This document shows, in pieces, positions 10,291 to 19,529 of a DNA stretch of 55,346 bases (positions are counted from its first letter, which is position 1; each line of letters opens with the position of its first letter). Below the pieces are notes generated by a model, which was not told the origin of the DNA, did no database searches, and saw only the letters and a list, made by a program, of their open reading frames with translations. This DNA comes from Patescibacteria group bacterium UBA2100 (lineage in GTDB: Bacteria; Patescibacteriota; Minisyncoccia; Phycocordibacterales; UBA2100), in NCBI GenBank assembly GCA_002331185.1, contig DCYW01000019.1, forward strand, positions 1 to 55,346, read 5' to 3'. A program made the position numbers and the translations under genes.

Positions 10291-11499
10291 ATGAAATTTA
10301 CCTACAAAGCAGAACGAGATGGTGAGACGTACACCGATACCATTGAAGCAACTGATAGGTTTGAAGTATATAGACACGTGCGCGCCGAAGGAGGCGCGGT
10401 AATTTCAGTGATTTCAGAAAAGCAAAATAACTGGAGTGTTACCTATTGGAATTCAAAATTCTCAACAGTAAAGGAACACGACAAAATTGTGTTCGCATCA
10501 AACCTTGCAGCTATGATTTCAGCCGGGCTTCCTATATCGCGCGCGCTTTCAGTGGCAGAGAGACAGGCAAAAAACCCTAAACTAAAGAGCGTTATATTGC
10601 ATGTGCGAGGGGATATTCAAAAAGGAGGCACGTTTCATGAGGCGCTTGGTAGATTTCCAGATGTCTTTTCGAAATTATTTGTCGCAATGGTTCGCGCTGG
10701 TGAAGAGTCGGGGACACTCGATGAAGCGCTTACAACAGTTGGCAATCAACTTCAGCGTTCGTATGAACTAAAAAAGAAAATCAAAGGAGCACTTATTTAT
10801 CCAAGCATTATTGTAGTGGCCATAGTCGGTATTGGATTTCTCATGATGACTGAAGTTGTGCCAACGTTGTCAAAGACATTCACAGAATTGGGGGCCGATT
10901 TACCAAAGGCAACGCAAGCAATTATTAATGTGAGTGATTTCTTAGTTAATTACACACTGCTTGTTTTACTTGGAGTCTTAGGTGCAGTGGCGGGAGTATA
11001 TGGAATTTTACGAACAGCTGGTGGTCAGCGTGGCAGAGATAAGATTCTTCTTTCGACCCCGCTAATTGGTGAGCTTGTGAAAGAAATTAATGCAGCACGA
11101 ACTGCTCGAACATTTGCATCACTTCTGGCTGCAGGTGTGGACATTTTGACCGCACTTCAAATTACCGGCGAAGTTGTACAAAATCATTATCACAAGGACG
11201 TGCTTAAAGCAGCAGCAGAAAAGGTGCAAAAAGGAGGCCAACTGTCAGATACATTTATGAAACGAGAAGACCTCTACCCGCCGCTTATGGGGGAGATGAT
11301 AGCAGTGGGAGAAGAAACAGGTGCACTTGCCGATATGCTTTTGCGTGTCGCTACTTTTTATGAAAGTGAAGTTGAGCAAAAGACAAAAAATATGTCGACC
11401 ATTATTGAGCCGTTTCTCATGTTGCTTATCGGTGTAACGGTTGGGTTCTTTGCTGTTGCGATGATTGGTCCTATCTACTCTCTTTCCGAAGCGTTTTAA
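10291..11499 (+). CDS. pilC: Type IV pilus platform protein (PilC/GspF family)
   Basis: Two GspF-type repeats with three TM segments, 3 nt downstream of pilB. Confidence 0.9.
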   Translation: MKFTYKAERDGETYTDTIEATDRFEVYRHVRAEGGAVISVISEKQNNWSVTYWNSKFSTVKEHDKIVFASNLAAMISAGLPISRALSVAERQAKNPKLKSVILHVRGDIQKGGTFHEALGRFPDVFSKLFVAMVRAGEESGTLDEALTTVGNQLQRSYELKKKIKGALIYPSIIVVAIVGIGFLMMTEVVPTLSKTFTELGADLPKATQAIINVSDFLVNYTLLVLLGVLGAVAGVYGILRTAGGQRGRDKILLSTPLIGELVKEINAARTARTFASLLAAGVDILTALQITGEVVQNHYHKDVLKAAAEKVQKGGQLSDTFMKREDLYPPLMGEMIAVGEETGALADMLLRVATFYESEVEQKTKNMSTIIEPFLMLLIGVTVGFFAVAMIGPIYSLSEAF

Positions 11500-11510
11500 C
11501 GTAATGGTAA

Positions 11511-11558
11511 CAATACAAAGCACACCTACTGATGCATCAGTAGGTGTGCTTTGTATTG
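11511..11558. repeat. 48-bp perfect palindrome with core CCTACTGATGCATCAGTAGG
   Basis: caatacaaagcacacctactgatg|catcagtaggtgtgctttgtattg is its own reverse complement. It lies between pilC and the first minor pilin, with no U-tract after it. Confidence 0.95.
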
Positions 11559-11589
11559 CTGTGGGGTACAGCTGTGGTCAACAGTGCGT

Positions 11590-11595
11590 TACAAT
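11590..11595 (+). promoter_or_regulatory. -10-like TACAAT 8 nt upstream of the first minor-pilin ATG
   Basis: Sequence match only; no SD. Confidence 0.3.
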
Positions 11596-11603
11596 ACTAA
11601 GTA

Positions 11604-12065
11604 ATGAAGTTTCAGGTTCTTTATACGCGAGGAGTAGGATTGCTTGAGATTGTGGTGGGGGTGTCACTCCTGACAACCGTGTTTGTCGGCATGTTTGGGA
11701 TTCTACAACTTGGAACTCGGCTGGCGACAGATAACAAATCTCGTACTGGTGCACTTGCACTGGCGACTGAGCGAATGGAGTACATACGAAGTCTTGACTA
11801 TGATGATATAGGAGTAGTGGGTGGTGACCCGTCTGGTGCACTTGTTGCAAGTGTACCTATCAACCTCAATAACATCGCATACACGCAACGTACTTATATT
11901 GTATATGTTGATGACCCAAAAGACGGTATTGGGGGATCTGATTCAAACGGAATTACTGATGACTATAAACGGGTGAAAGTAGAAGTTTCGTGGATTGGGC
12001 CGAAAAACAACGTACGAGAGACCACGTTAGTAAGTGATATTGCATCGTTACTAATAGAATCATAG
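11604..12065 (+). CDS. Prepilin-type minor pilin (PilV-like)
   Basis: N-terminus ..TRG|VGLLEIVVGVSLL has the class III signal pattern (Gly, then Glu at +5, then a hydrophobic helix). Confidence 0.7.
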   Translation: MKFQVLYTRGVGLLEIVVGVSLLTTVFVGMFGILQLGTRLATDNKSRTGALALATERMEYIRSLDYDDIGVVGGDPSGALVASVPINLNNIAYTQRTYIVYVDDPKDGIGGSDSNGITDDYKRVKVEVSWIGPKNNVRETTLVSDIASLLIES

Positions 12066-12066
12066 T

Positions 12067-12663
12067 ATGAAGTATTACGCATCACAGCGCGGATTTACCT
12101 TATTGGAAGCAGTTGTATTACTCGGCATATTTGTTTTGATTGTTGGGGCGATTGTTTCTTCACTGCGGTATGTGTATCGAGGGCAGCGGTTTGCTTTCGA
12201 ACAGGCGGATGCTACTCGTTCAGCACGTACTGGTATTGAGCGAGCAGTGCAAGATTTGCGCGAAGCCTCAGATGCAGACAATGGTGCGTATCCGATTATT
12301 GCGATGGCAACAAGTAGTGTTTCTTTCTATAGTGATTACGATAATGATAATAAGATTGAGCAGATTCGATATTTTATAGATGGATCTGATTTTAAAAAAG
12401 GAATTATAGAATCAGCAGGAAACCCACCAACATATAATGCTGGAAGTGAGGTGGTTACTACTATCGCAACTGATGTTCGCAATAATGCAATTGGTACACC
12501 CATGTTTACTTACTATGATAAGAGCGGGGTGCTTATGAGCGATTATACTGATATAGCTCAATTAGCGTTCGTGACATTGCGACTTGTTGTTAATTTACAT
12601 CCAGAACGAGCTCCTGATGATTTCGAGCTCAGAAGTAGCGCTGCACTTCGTAACATTAGATAA
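12067..12663 (+). CDS. Prepilin-type minor pilin (PilW-like)
   Basis: Canonical QRG|FTLLEAVVLLGIFVLIV cleavage/methylation motif. Confidence 0.8.
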   Translation: MKYYASQRGFTLLEAVVLLGIFVLIVGAIVSSLRYVYRGQRFAFEQADATRSARTGIERAVQDLREASDADNGAYPIIAMATSSVSFYSDYDNDNKIEQIRYFIDGSDFKKGIIESAGNPPTYNAGSEVVTTIATDVRNNAIGTPMFTYYDKSGVLMSDYTDIAQLAFVTLRLVVNLHPERAPDDFELRSSAALRNIR

Positions 12664-12664
12664 T

Positions 12665-14068
12665 ATGAATCATTCTTCACAACAAGGAATCGTCATCATT
12701 TTAGTTTTGGTGTTTGCTGCAGTATTTGGTTTGTCAGTCTCAGCACTTACGAGTTTCATATTTAGCCAAGCGAAACTTGGAGCGGGAAAAGAAGTGCGTG
12801 AACAGGCACTGAATATCGCCGAAGCAGGGCTTGAATACTATCAGTGGTTCCTTACACATAATCCTGGCGATACTCAAGACGGGACTGGGGGTGTTGGGCC
12901 CTACGTGCGTACTTATTCTGATCCAGAAACAGGTGAAATAGGCTCGTTTAGTTTGGATGTCGTTGGTAATGAATCGTGTGGGATATTACAATCAATTGAC
13001 GTTACGTCAACTGGTACTGTGAACTCTGATCCCAAGTTTACTCGCACTGTTTTTGGAAGGCATGCTACCCCTTCCGTTGCAGAGTACTCATACATTATAG
13101 GCGATGATGTATGGGCTGGTGCTAATCGTGAAATTACCGGGCCGTATCATTCAAATGGAGGCATACGCATGGATGGGACTAATAATTCAGTGGTTACCAG
13201 TGCTGTCTCAAGTTGGTCAGAGAGCTTTAACTGCAACGGTGGGAGTGCGTCTCCTGGGGTGTGTGGCGATGGGCCAAATTCTACTTTGTGGCAATATCCA
13301 GGGTCGCCTATAAGTTTTGACGACATGGAGACATCTTTCCCGACAATAAAAACCGCAGCAACTACAGATGGTATTTATCTTGCTCCCTATGGCTCGACAG
13401 AGATAAATTGGTACGGATATATTTCTGCAGTTGACGGGTACCACCTCATCTTTAATGCAGACGGTACTGTTGATATATATCAAGTCACAGGTACGAATTG
13501 GACGTTTGGGTACCGCACTGGTATTGGGTATACACTCGATTACAATACTATAACCGCGGAGTCATTTATAGAACGAAGAACCATTCCCACTGACTGCCCA
13601 GTTATTTTTGTCGAAGATAAGGTATGGATTGAAGGAACCGTAAAAGGCAAGGTGACTGTTATCGCGGCTGACTTAGTAAACGCAGGGTATGATCCCGATG
13701 TCATTATTAATGACGATATTAATTACTCGGTACAAGATGGCTCCGACGGATTGACGGTCATCAGTGAGTTCGGCATTTATATACCACCGAACTCTCCAGA
13801 CAATCTTTCAATTAATGGTATTTTTGTTGCACAAGGTGATCGGTTTGGCAGACCATACTATGAAGGTGACGTGAAAACACAACTCACCATAAAAGGATCT
13901 ATTATTTCAAGTGGGCGAGTGGGGACTGCATGGTTATCTGGTTCCACAACTGTTTCTGGGTATCAAAATCGAGACAATATATATGATCGACTACAAACAA
14001 CAAATCCGCCCCCATTCACGCCATCGAGCACTCTTATTCCAGAATATATTCTTTGGCAGGAATTATAG
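12665..14068 (+). CDS. PilX-N-terminal-like large pilus-associated protein
   Basis: N-terminus QQGIVIILVLVFAAVFGLSV resembles the PilX N-terminal helix, followed by a 430-aa Gly/Thr/Asn-rich region. Start moved to the ATG at 12665, 2 nt after the upstream stop. Confidence 0.6.
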   Translation: MNHSSQQGIVIILVLVFAAVFGLSVSALTSFIFSQAKLGAGKEVREQALNIAEAGLEYYQWFLTHNPGDTQDGTGGVGPYVRTYSDPETGEIGSFSLDVVGNESCGILQSIDVTSTGTVNSDPKFTRTVFGRHATPSVAEYSYIIGDDVWAGANREITGPYHSNGGIRMDGTNNSVVTSAVSSWSESFNCNGGSASPGVCGDGPNSTLWQYPGSPISFDDMETSFPTIKTAATTDGIYLAPYGSTEINWYGYISAVDGYHLIFNADGTVDIYQVTGTNWTFGYRTGIGYTLDYNTITAESFIERRTIPTDCPVIFVEDKVWIEGTVKGKVTVIAADLVNAGYDPDVIINDDINYSVQDGSDGLTVISEFGIYIPPNSPDNLSINGIFVAQGDRFGRPYYEGDVKTQLTIKGSIISSGRVGTAWLSGSTTVSGYQNRDNIYDRLQTTNPPPFTPSSTLIPEYILWQEL

Positions 14069-14082
14069 TTGACGTGTGCTAC

Positions 14083-14118
14083 AAAAAGAAAGACTCTTGC
14101 AAAACGGTCTTTCTTTTT
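14083..14118 (+). terminator. Intrinsic terminator after the pilin operon
   Basis: Stem aaaaagaaagac/gtctttcttttt with a T-run. Confidence 0.7.
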
Positions 14119-14324
14119 GGGACCAACAATATATTACTGCATGGTTGGGGTGCCAGACGGTAAAGACATAAGATTGACGTGCAGATGTCTTGCGAAACGA
14201 TTCGCTGCTGCTTCACACAGGAATCTCTCTAAATCGTTTTCCAAATGGTTTATCCGACATAGTGAAAACTCCTTTTGCTGCACGTCTATCGGTATTAGAT
14301 AGAAAGACTTTCGATACTATAAGC

Positions 14325-14362
14325 GTTAACAGACCTACTGATGCATCAGTAGGTCTGTTAAC
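14325..14362. repeat. 38-bp perfect palindrome with the same 20-bp core
   Basis: gttaacagacctactgatg|catcagtaggtctgttaac. It lies 27 nt upstream of the tpiA ATG, after the pilin genes. Confidence 0.95.
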
Positions 14363-14373
14363 GAGTGGAGTGA

Positions 14374-14382
14374 TGGTATACT
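14374..14382 (+). promoter_or_regulatory. Extended -10 (TGgTATACT) 6 nt upstream of the tpiA ATG
   Basis: Sequence match only; no SD between it and the ATG. Confidence 0.4.
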
Positions 14383-14388
14383 TTCAAA

Positions 14389-15141
14389 ATGAAATCAGTC
14401 ATTTGTAATTGGAAAATGAATCCTGCTTCATTTGTTGAAGCAAAGCGACTCTTTGATGTAACGAAAACGCTTGCAGCATCTGTGAAGAAGGTAGATATCG
14501 TTGTTGTTCCTCCTGTTGTTTTCTTGCGCGAGCTTGCCAAAGGGTACCGAGGTACTCGTGTAGAATTTGGTGCACAGAATATTTCAACTGAAGGTAGCGG
14601 GTCGCATACTGGAGAAACTGCTGCAGCACACGTTCGTGATGCAGGCGCAACACATACTATTATTGGGCACGCTGAACGCCGTGCTCTTGGTGAGACAGAT
14701 GAGCGTGTAAGTAAAAAAGTGGTACGTGCGCTTGAAAATAAAATCGATTGTATCGTTGCAGTTGGAGAAAGCGAGCGTGATGAACATGGGGAATATGTAC
14801 AGATGGTACGTAATCAAATTGTTATCGCACTACGAGAAGTTCCTGCAGCGAGATTTAAAAATATAACTATTGCCTACGAACCGATATGGGCAATTGGGGC
14901 GCCAACTGCACCTGATGCAAACGAAGTGCATCAAATGATGTTATTGGTTCGAAAAACGGTACGCGATGCGTTTGGCGACAAAGCACTTAAAGCGATACGC
15001 GTTGTTTACGGAGGAGCAGTAAATGAAGAGAATGCGCATGATATATTGAGTGTTCCAGATCTGGATGGTGTATTGGTAGGGAGAGCGAGCTTAGAACCAA
15101 CTCAACTGAAGGCAATAATACAGGCTGCACAAAGCGCATGA
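14389..15141 (+). CDS. tpiA: Triosephosphate isomerase
   Basis: NWKMN start, IGHAERR, AYEPIWAIG, YGGAV motifs. Confidence 0.93.
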   Translation: MKSVICNWKMNPASFVEAKRLFDVTKTLAASVKKVDIVVVPPVVFLRELAKGYRGTRVEFGAQNISTEGSGSHTGETAAAHVRDAGATHTIIGHAERRALGETDERVSKKVVRALENKIDCIVAVGESERDEHGEYVQMVRNQIVIALREVPAARFKNITIAYEPIWAIGAPTAPDANEVHQMMLLVRKTVRDAFGDKALKAIRVVYGGAVNEENAHDILSVPDLDGVLVGRASLEPTQLKAIIQAAQSA

Positions 15142-16244
15142 ATATAGAATGGATAGATGAACAGAATGATTTAGCTGGCAAAGTGGTGCTAGTCCGTGCT
15201 GGGCTGAATACTCCTATAGAGAATGGAATGGTGCGTAATGATTTTAGAATACAGAGAGCTTTACCGACGTTACGTTTTCTTAGAGATCAAGGTGCCCGGA
15301 TAATTATTATTTCGCATATTGGACGTGATGGAACTGAAACACTGCAGCCTGTTGCAGATGCATTGCATGAACATCTTCCTGTCGCATTCCAAACAAGGGA
15401 GGAGTTAGTTGTTTCTACACTACAAAACGGCGATATCGTACTGCTTGAAAATCTACGACAGGACAATCGTGAAATAGAAAATGACGAAACATTTGCGCAA
15501 GAGCTGGCAGCACTCGCAGATATTTTTGTACAAGATGCGTTCTCAGTATGTCATCGAAAACATGCGAGTATTGTGGGAATACCACAATATATCAAAAGTT
15601 ATGGCGGTCTCTTATTGAGAGAGGAAATTGAAAAATTGGCGCAAGTTCTTGATCCAGAACACCCTGCCCTGTTTATTTTAGGAGGTGCAAAGTTTGAAAC
15701 CAAAGAGCCACTCATCAGGAAATTTATTGAGGTCTACGATACTCTCTTTATCGGTGGTGCATTACAGAATGAGCTACTCGCTGCCCGCGGGATAGAGGTG
15801 GGAGCGTCAGTTATCGGTGATGGTGAAATTGCCAAAGATATTTTGGAAAATGAAAAAATAGCTAGCGTGCACGATGTTGTTGTTGCGCATGTAGATGGAA
15901 GTTCTGAAACGCTTGCTATAAATGAAATAGGGAGCGAAGACACAATTGTTGATATAGGTGATGGCACAATGCAGGATCTTGTCGCAACATTTAATAGATA
16001 TAAAACCATTATTTGGAATGGACCGTTGGGCTGGTATGAAAAAGGGTATACTAGTGCAACAAAAACATGTGCACACGCACTTGCATTAAGTAGCGCAACG
16101 ACCGTTGTCGGAGGTGGAGACACCATCGCACTTATTCAAAAAGAAAAGTTAGAAAATGAGTTTGACTTTGTTTCAACAGGAGGTGGGGCAATGTTGGAGT
16201 TTTTGCTCAAAGGAACACTTCCCGGGCTTGAAGTACTGAAATAA
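15138..16244 (+). CDS. pgk: Phosphoglycerate kinase
   Basis: PGK N- and C-domain motifs (ALPTLRFL, STGGGA..LEFL); 4-nt ATGA overlap with tpiA. Confidence 0.93.
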   Translation: MNIEWIDEQNDLAGKVVLVRAGLNTPIENGMVRNDFRIQRALPTLRFLRDQGARIIIISHIGRDGTETLQPVADALHEHLPVAFQTREELVVSTLQNGDIVLLENLRQDNREIENDETFAQELAALADIFVQDAFSVCHRKHASIVGIPQYIKSYGGLLLREEIEKLAQVLDPEHPALFILGGAKFETKEPLIRKFIEVYDTLFIGGALQNELLAARGIEVGASVIGDGEIAKDILENEKIASVHDVVVAHVDGSSETLAINEIGSEDTIVDIGDGTMQDLVATFNRYKTIIWNGPLGWYEKGYTSATKTCAHALALSSATTVVGGGDTIALIQKEKLENEFDFVSTGGGAMLEFLLKGTLPGLEVLK

Positions 16245-16254
16245 GAAACACTCT

Positions 16255-16674
16255 TTACAGAGAGTCTTTTATTTTTGCTGCGATTTTCTCGGCAATAGTG
16301 GTCAATGTTTCGCTACTTGGATTCCCCTCTTTTCCTTCGAGTAATATTTTTGAAGTGATATCTTCGTGATCTTCTGTTGGTATAAGATGTACGTGTGTAT
16401 GTGGTACGTCCCATCCTGCGATGACCAGACCCATCTTTTTTGGTTTCAGCGCATTTTTGATTGCTCCAGCAAGAATGTGTGTAGCTTGCATGACATGCAT
16501 ATATACTTCGATCGGGAGTTTTTCAAAATTTGGCTCGTGTACTTTTGGTACAACAAGTAAGTGACCTGGGCGGATTGGATGGATATCCATAAATGCCAAT
16601 ACGGTTTCATTTTCGTACACTTTATACGAGGGCAGTTCATCTCTAACTATTTTACAAAAAATACATTCTTCCAT
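16255..16674 (-). CDS. HIT-family nucleotide hydrolase
   Basis: CIFCKI start and histidine triad HTHVHLIP. Start moved to the ATG at 16674. Confidence 0.85.
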   Translation of the reverse strand: MEECIFCKIVRDELPSYKVYENETVLAFMDIHPIRPGHLLVVPKVHEPNFEKLPIEVYMHVMQATHILAGAIKNALKPKKMGLVIAGWDVPHTHVHLIPTEDHEDITSKILLEGKEGNPSSETLTTIAEKIAAKIKDSL

Positions 16675-16680
16675 TAGTGC

Positions 16681-16688
16681 AGTATAAT
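16681..16688. promoter_or_regulatory. Overlapping divergent -10 boxes (TATAAT on +, TATACT on -) in the 22-bp HIT/recJ spacer
   Basis: AGTATAAT reads TATAAT toward recJ (ATG 8 nt downstream) and TATACT toward HIT (ATG 6 nt downstream). Neither side has an SD. Confidence 0.45.
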
Positions 16689-16696
16689 CCAAACAC

Positions 16697-18424
16697 ATGA
16701 CTAAATCCAAAGCATACACAGTACGAAAAAAACCGAGCGAAACAGTACGGAAAGCACTCAAAGAATTTCCAGATTTTGTACAGGAAATTTTGGCAGCACG
16801 AAACATAAAAACACATAAAGCTGCACAAGATTTTTTTAATCAAAACTACGATGAACACGTACATGACCCATTCCTTCTACGCGACATGGATGTTGCTGTT
16901 ACACGAATCATAAAAGCAATCGACAATAACGAACACATTGCTATCTATAGCGATTTTGACGCAGATGGTATTCCCGGTGGTGCGCTGTTACACGACGTAT
17001 TCAAAAAGATTGGCTACGAGCGTTTCACAAACTATATTCCACATAGAGATACAGAAGGATATGGTTTTCATAAGGAGGCAGTTGATACGCTCTTGAAGAA
17101 AGAAGTGTCGCTTATTCTAACGGTAGATGTTGGTATTACGAATGGTGAAACGGTTGCACATGCCAATACATTAGGCGTAGATGTAATTATTACCGATCAT
17201 CATATACCTAGCGAAACAGTACCTGAGGCGGTTGCTGTCGTGAACCCACAGCGCGAAGATGAAACATACCCATTTCGTTTTTTTTGTGGAACGGGGGTGG
17301 CGTTCAAATTGGCTCAGGCACTTTTTATTCGGGCGCGAGAGCTAGATAAAGAGTGGGTTAAAGATGTTCCGGAAGGTTGGGAAAAATGGCTCCTTGATTT
17401 AGTTGCTATCGCAACTGTGGGAGACATGGTTCCGTTGGTTGGTGAAAACAGAACACTGGTGCATTATGGGCTGACTGTGTTACACAAATCACGCCGACCG
17501 GGAATTGCTGCACTGTGTCGCAAGTTAGGTATCGGGCAGGCGTACATAACGGAAGATGACATTGGATTTTCTATTGCGCCACGAATTAATGCAGCCTCGA
17601 GAATGGGAACTCCAGAATTAGGATTTCGATTACTTACGACTGTTGATGGTGCCGAGGCTACTGGCGTCGCGCGCGAGTTAGAATCTCTTAATAATAAACG
17701 TAAAGGAAGTGTTGCGAGTATTACGAAAGAGTTAAAGAAACGTTTTGAAGGAAATTCCGATGGAGCAGTTCTTGTTGCAGGAAATCCAAATTGGAATCCA
17801 GCATTACTTGGACTTGCAGCGAACTCTCTTGTGGATACGTATGGCAAAACTGCATGTTTATGGGGAAGGGAAGGTACTGGAAGTATTAAAGGGTCATGTC
17901 GGGGGGATGGAAATGTAAATGTCGTAGATATGTTTAATCATGCAAGTCATACTCTTGTACAATTTGGCGGACACGAACATGCGGGAGGTTTTTCTGTCGA
18001 TGCAGACAAAGTGCACATTATGGAAGATGCTTTTAACAGTGCGTACAAGGAACTTACAAAAGGAGTCAAATTGTTAGTGCCAGAAGTCGATGCCGTTCTG
18101 CCGCATGCGTCATTACGTGAAACATATAAAATACTTTCACAATTCGCTCCGTTTGGTATGGGGAATTCCAAACCAGTATTTGTATATAAAAGTGCTCTTG
18201 TGCGTTCGCTGAAACAATTTGGAAAAGAAAAGGCACATATAGAATTGCATCTGGCAGCTGATGAATTTGAGAATACTGTTCGCGCGATTGCGTTCTTTAA
18301 AAACCCACAATCATTTTCACGAATCCCAGAACAAGATTGTGTCGTTGACGTTCTGTGCACTATAGAGCTCTCGCGTTTTGCTGGTCGCATAAATCTTGAG
18401 TTACGCATTGTGGATATTGTGTAA
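16697..18424 (+). CDS. recJ: Single-stranded-DNA-specific exonuclease RecJ
   Basis: DHH motifs (DFDADGI, ITDHH) and a DHHA1-like GGHEHAGG. Confidence 0.9.
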   Translation: MTKSKAYTVRKKPSETVRKALKEFPDFVQEILAARNIKTHKAAQDFFNQNYDEHVHDPFLLRDMDVAVTRIIKAIDNNEHIAIYSDFDADGIPGGALLHDVFKKIGYERFTNYIPHRDTEGYGFHKEAVDTLLKKEVSLILTVDVGITNGETVAHANTLGVDVIITDHHIPSETVPEAVAVVNPQREDETYPFRFFCGTGVAFKLAQALFIRARELDKEWVKDVPEGWEKWLLDLVAIATVGDMVPLVGENRTLVHYGLTVLHKSRRPGIAALCRKLGIGQAYITEDDIGFSIAPRINAASRMGTPELGFRLLTTVDGAEATGVARELESLNNKRKGSVASITKELKKRFEGNSDGAVLVAGNPNWNPALLGLAANSLVDTYGKTACLWGREGTGSIKGSCRGDGNVNVVDMFNHASHTLVQFGGHEHAGGFSVDADKVHIMEDAFNSAYKELTKGVKLLVPEVDAVLPHASLRETYKILSQFAPFGMGNSKPVFVYKSALVRSLKQFGKEKAHIELHLAADEFENTVRAIAFFKNPQSFSRIPEQDCVVDVLCTIELSRFAGRINLELRIVDIV

Positions 18425-18461
18425 GTACTATCAGTATTAAGTAAGGTACTATAATTCGTAT

Positions 18462-19472
18462 ATGAAAAGTTTTTCTAAAAAAGAAGCGTTTGTAGCTGGA
18501 TGGGAAAGTTTTAAGGAGCGTCCATTTTTTATCATTGGATTGTTTCTCATTACTACTATTATTTCAATCATTACTGGTTTGATTGCTGACGAAGTTTCAG
18601 GTGTTTTAGTTGGTGCAGTGATAAACATAGCTGATTTTGCAATACAGACTGTCATTGGTATGGGCATGACACTGATTCTTTTGCGTTTATACGACAGAGT
18701 CGAAACAGACTACACTGACTTACTCGAACCACTTCACTTATTCTGGAAGTATCTCGTTGCATCGATACTCGTAATGATAGTGATCCTGTTTGGTTTGATT
18801 TTGTTTATTGTCCCAGGAATTGTTGCAGGTGTGGCCCTACTTTTTACCTCGTACCTTATTATTGATAGGGATCTTGGCCCTGTTGATGCCATGAAAGAAA
18901 GTCTCCGCATCACTAATGGTCATCGTTGGAATATAGTCCTTTTCTTGCTGCTCGCTACTGGGCTCAATATCTTAGGAGCATTATTCTTTGGTATCGGATT
19001 ATTGGTAACTATCCCGGTATCAGCACTTGCATTAGTGCACATATATCGATGGTTGCTGGATCCACCAACAGAGACAGGAATTGAAGTATCGCTTCCAGTA
19101 AAGATTATTACCGTCTTCGCTATTGCTGTTATCTTCATCGGTACAGCGCTTCTTATTTTTGGAATTATACGTGGGTTCTTAAATGACTCAGAGTTACGAG
19201 ATGCACAACGTCGTACAGATGTTTCGTACATTAAAGAAAGTGCAGATAGCTACTTTGATAGTTACGGGACGTACCCAGAATCAGTTGCACTTCTTGTTCC
19301 AGACTTTATCTCGTATGTTCCTACTGACCCAATAACCCAAGTGCCATACGAATATCTTCTTCGTGAAGCGGGCAACGATTTTGAAGTGTGTACTATTCTA
19401 GAAAACGATGAGTTCGGGGGTATTTATTGTGAGTTTGGTGTGGAGCTTGGCGCCAACGCAGTAGATCAATAG
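18462..19472 (+). CDS. Multi-pass membrane protein with C-terminal pilin/GspG-like globular segment
   Basis: About 6 TM helices, then RDAQRRTDVSYIKESADSYFDSYGTYPESVALLVPDFISYVPTDP. This matches the start of T2SS/T4P pilin head domains (as I remember them). Confidence 0.6.
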   Translation: MKSFSKKEAFVAGWESFKERPFFIIGLFLITTIISIITGLIADEVSGVLVGAVINIADFAIQTVIGMGMTLILLRLYDRVETDYTDLLEPLHLFWKYLVASILVMIVILFGLILFIVPGIVAGVALLFTSYLIIDRDLGPVDAMKESLRITNGHRWNIVLFLLLATGLNILGALFFGIGLLVTIPVSALALVHIYRWLLDPPTETGIEVSLPVKIITVFAIAVIFIGTALLIFGIIRGFLNDSELRDAQRRTDVSYIKESADSYFDSYGTYPESVALLVPDFISYVPTDPITQVPYEYLLREAGNDFEVCTILENDEFGGIYCEFGVELGANAVDQ

Positions 19473-19529
19473 CTCTTATTTAAAACGTACTGATTCGACA
19501 CTGTAGAGAGCGGTCGGTATACTAGCTGC

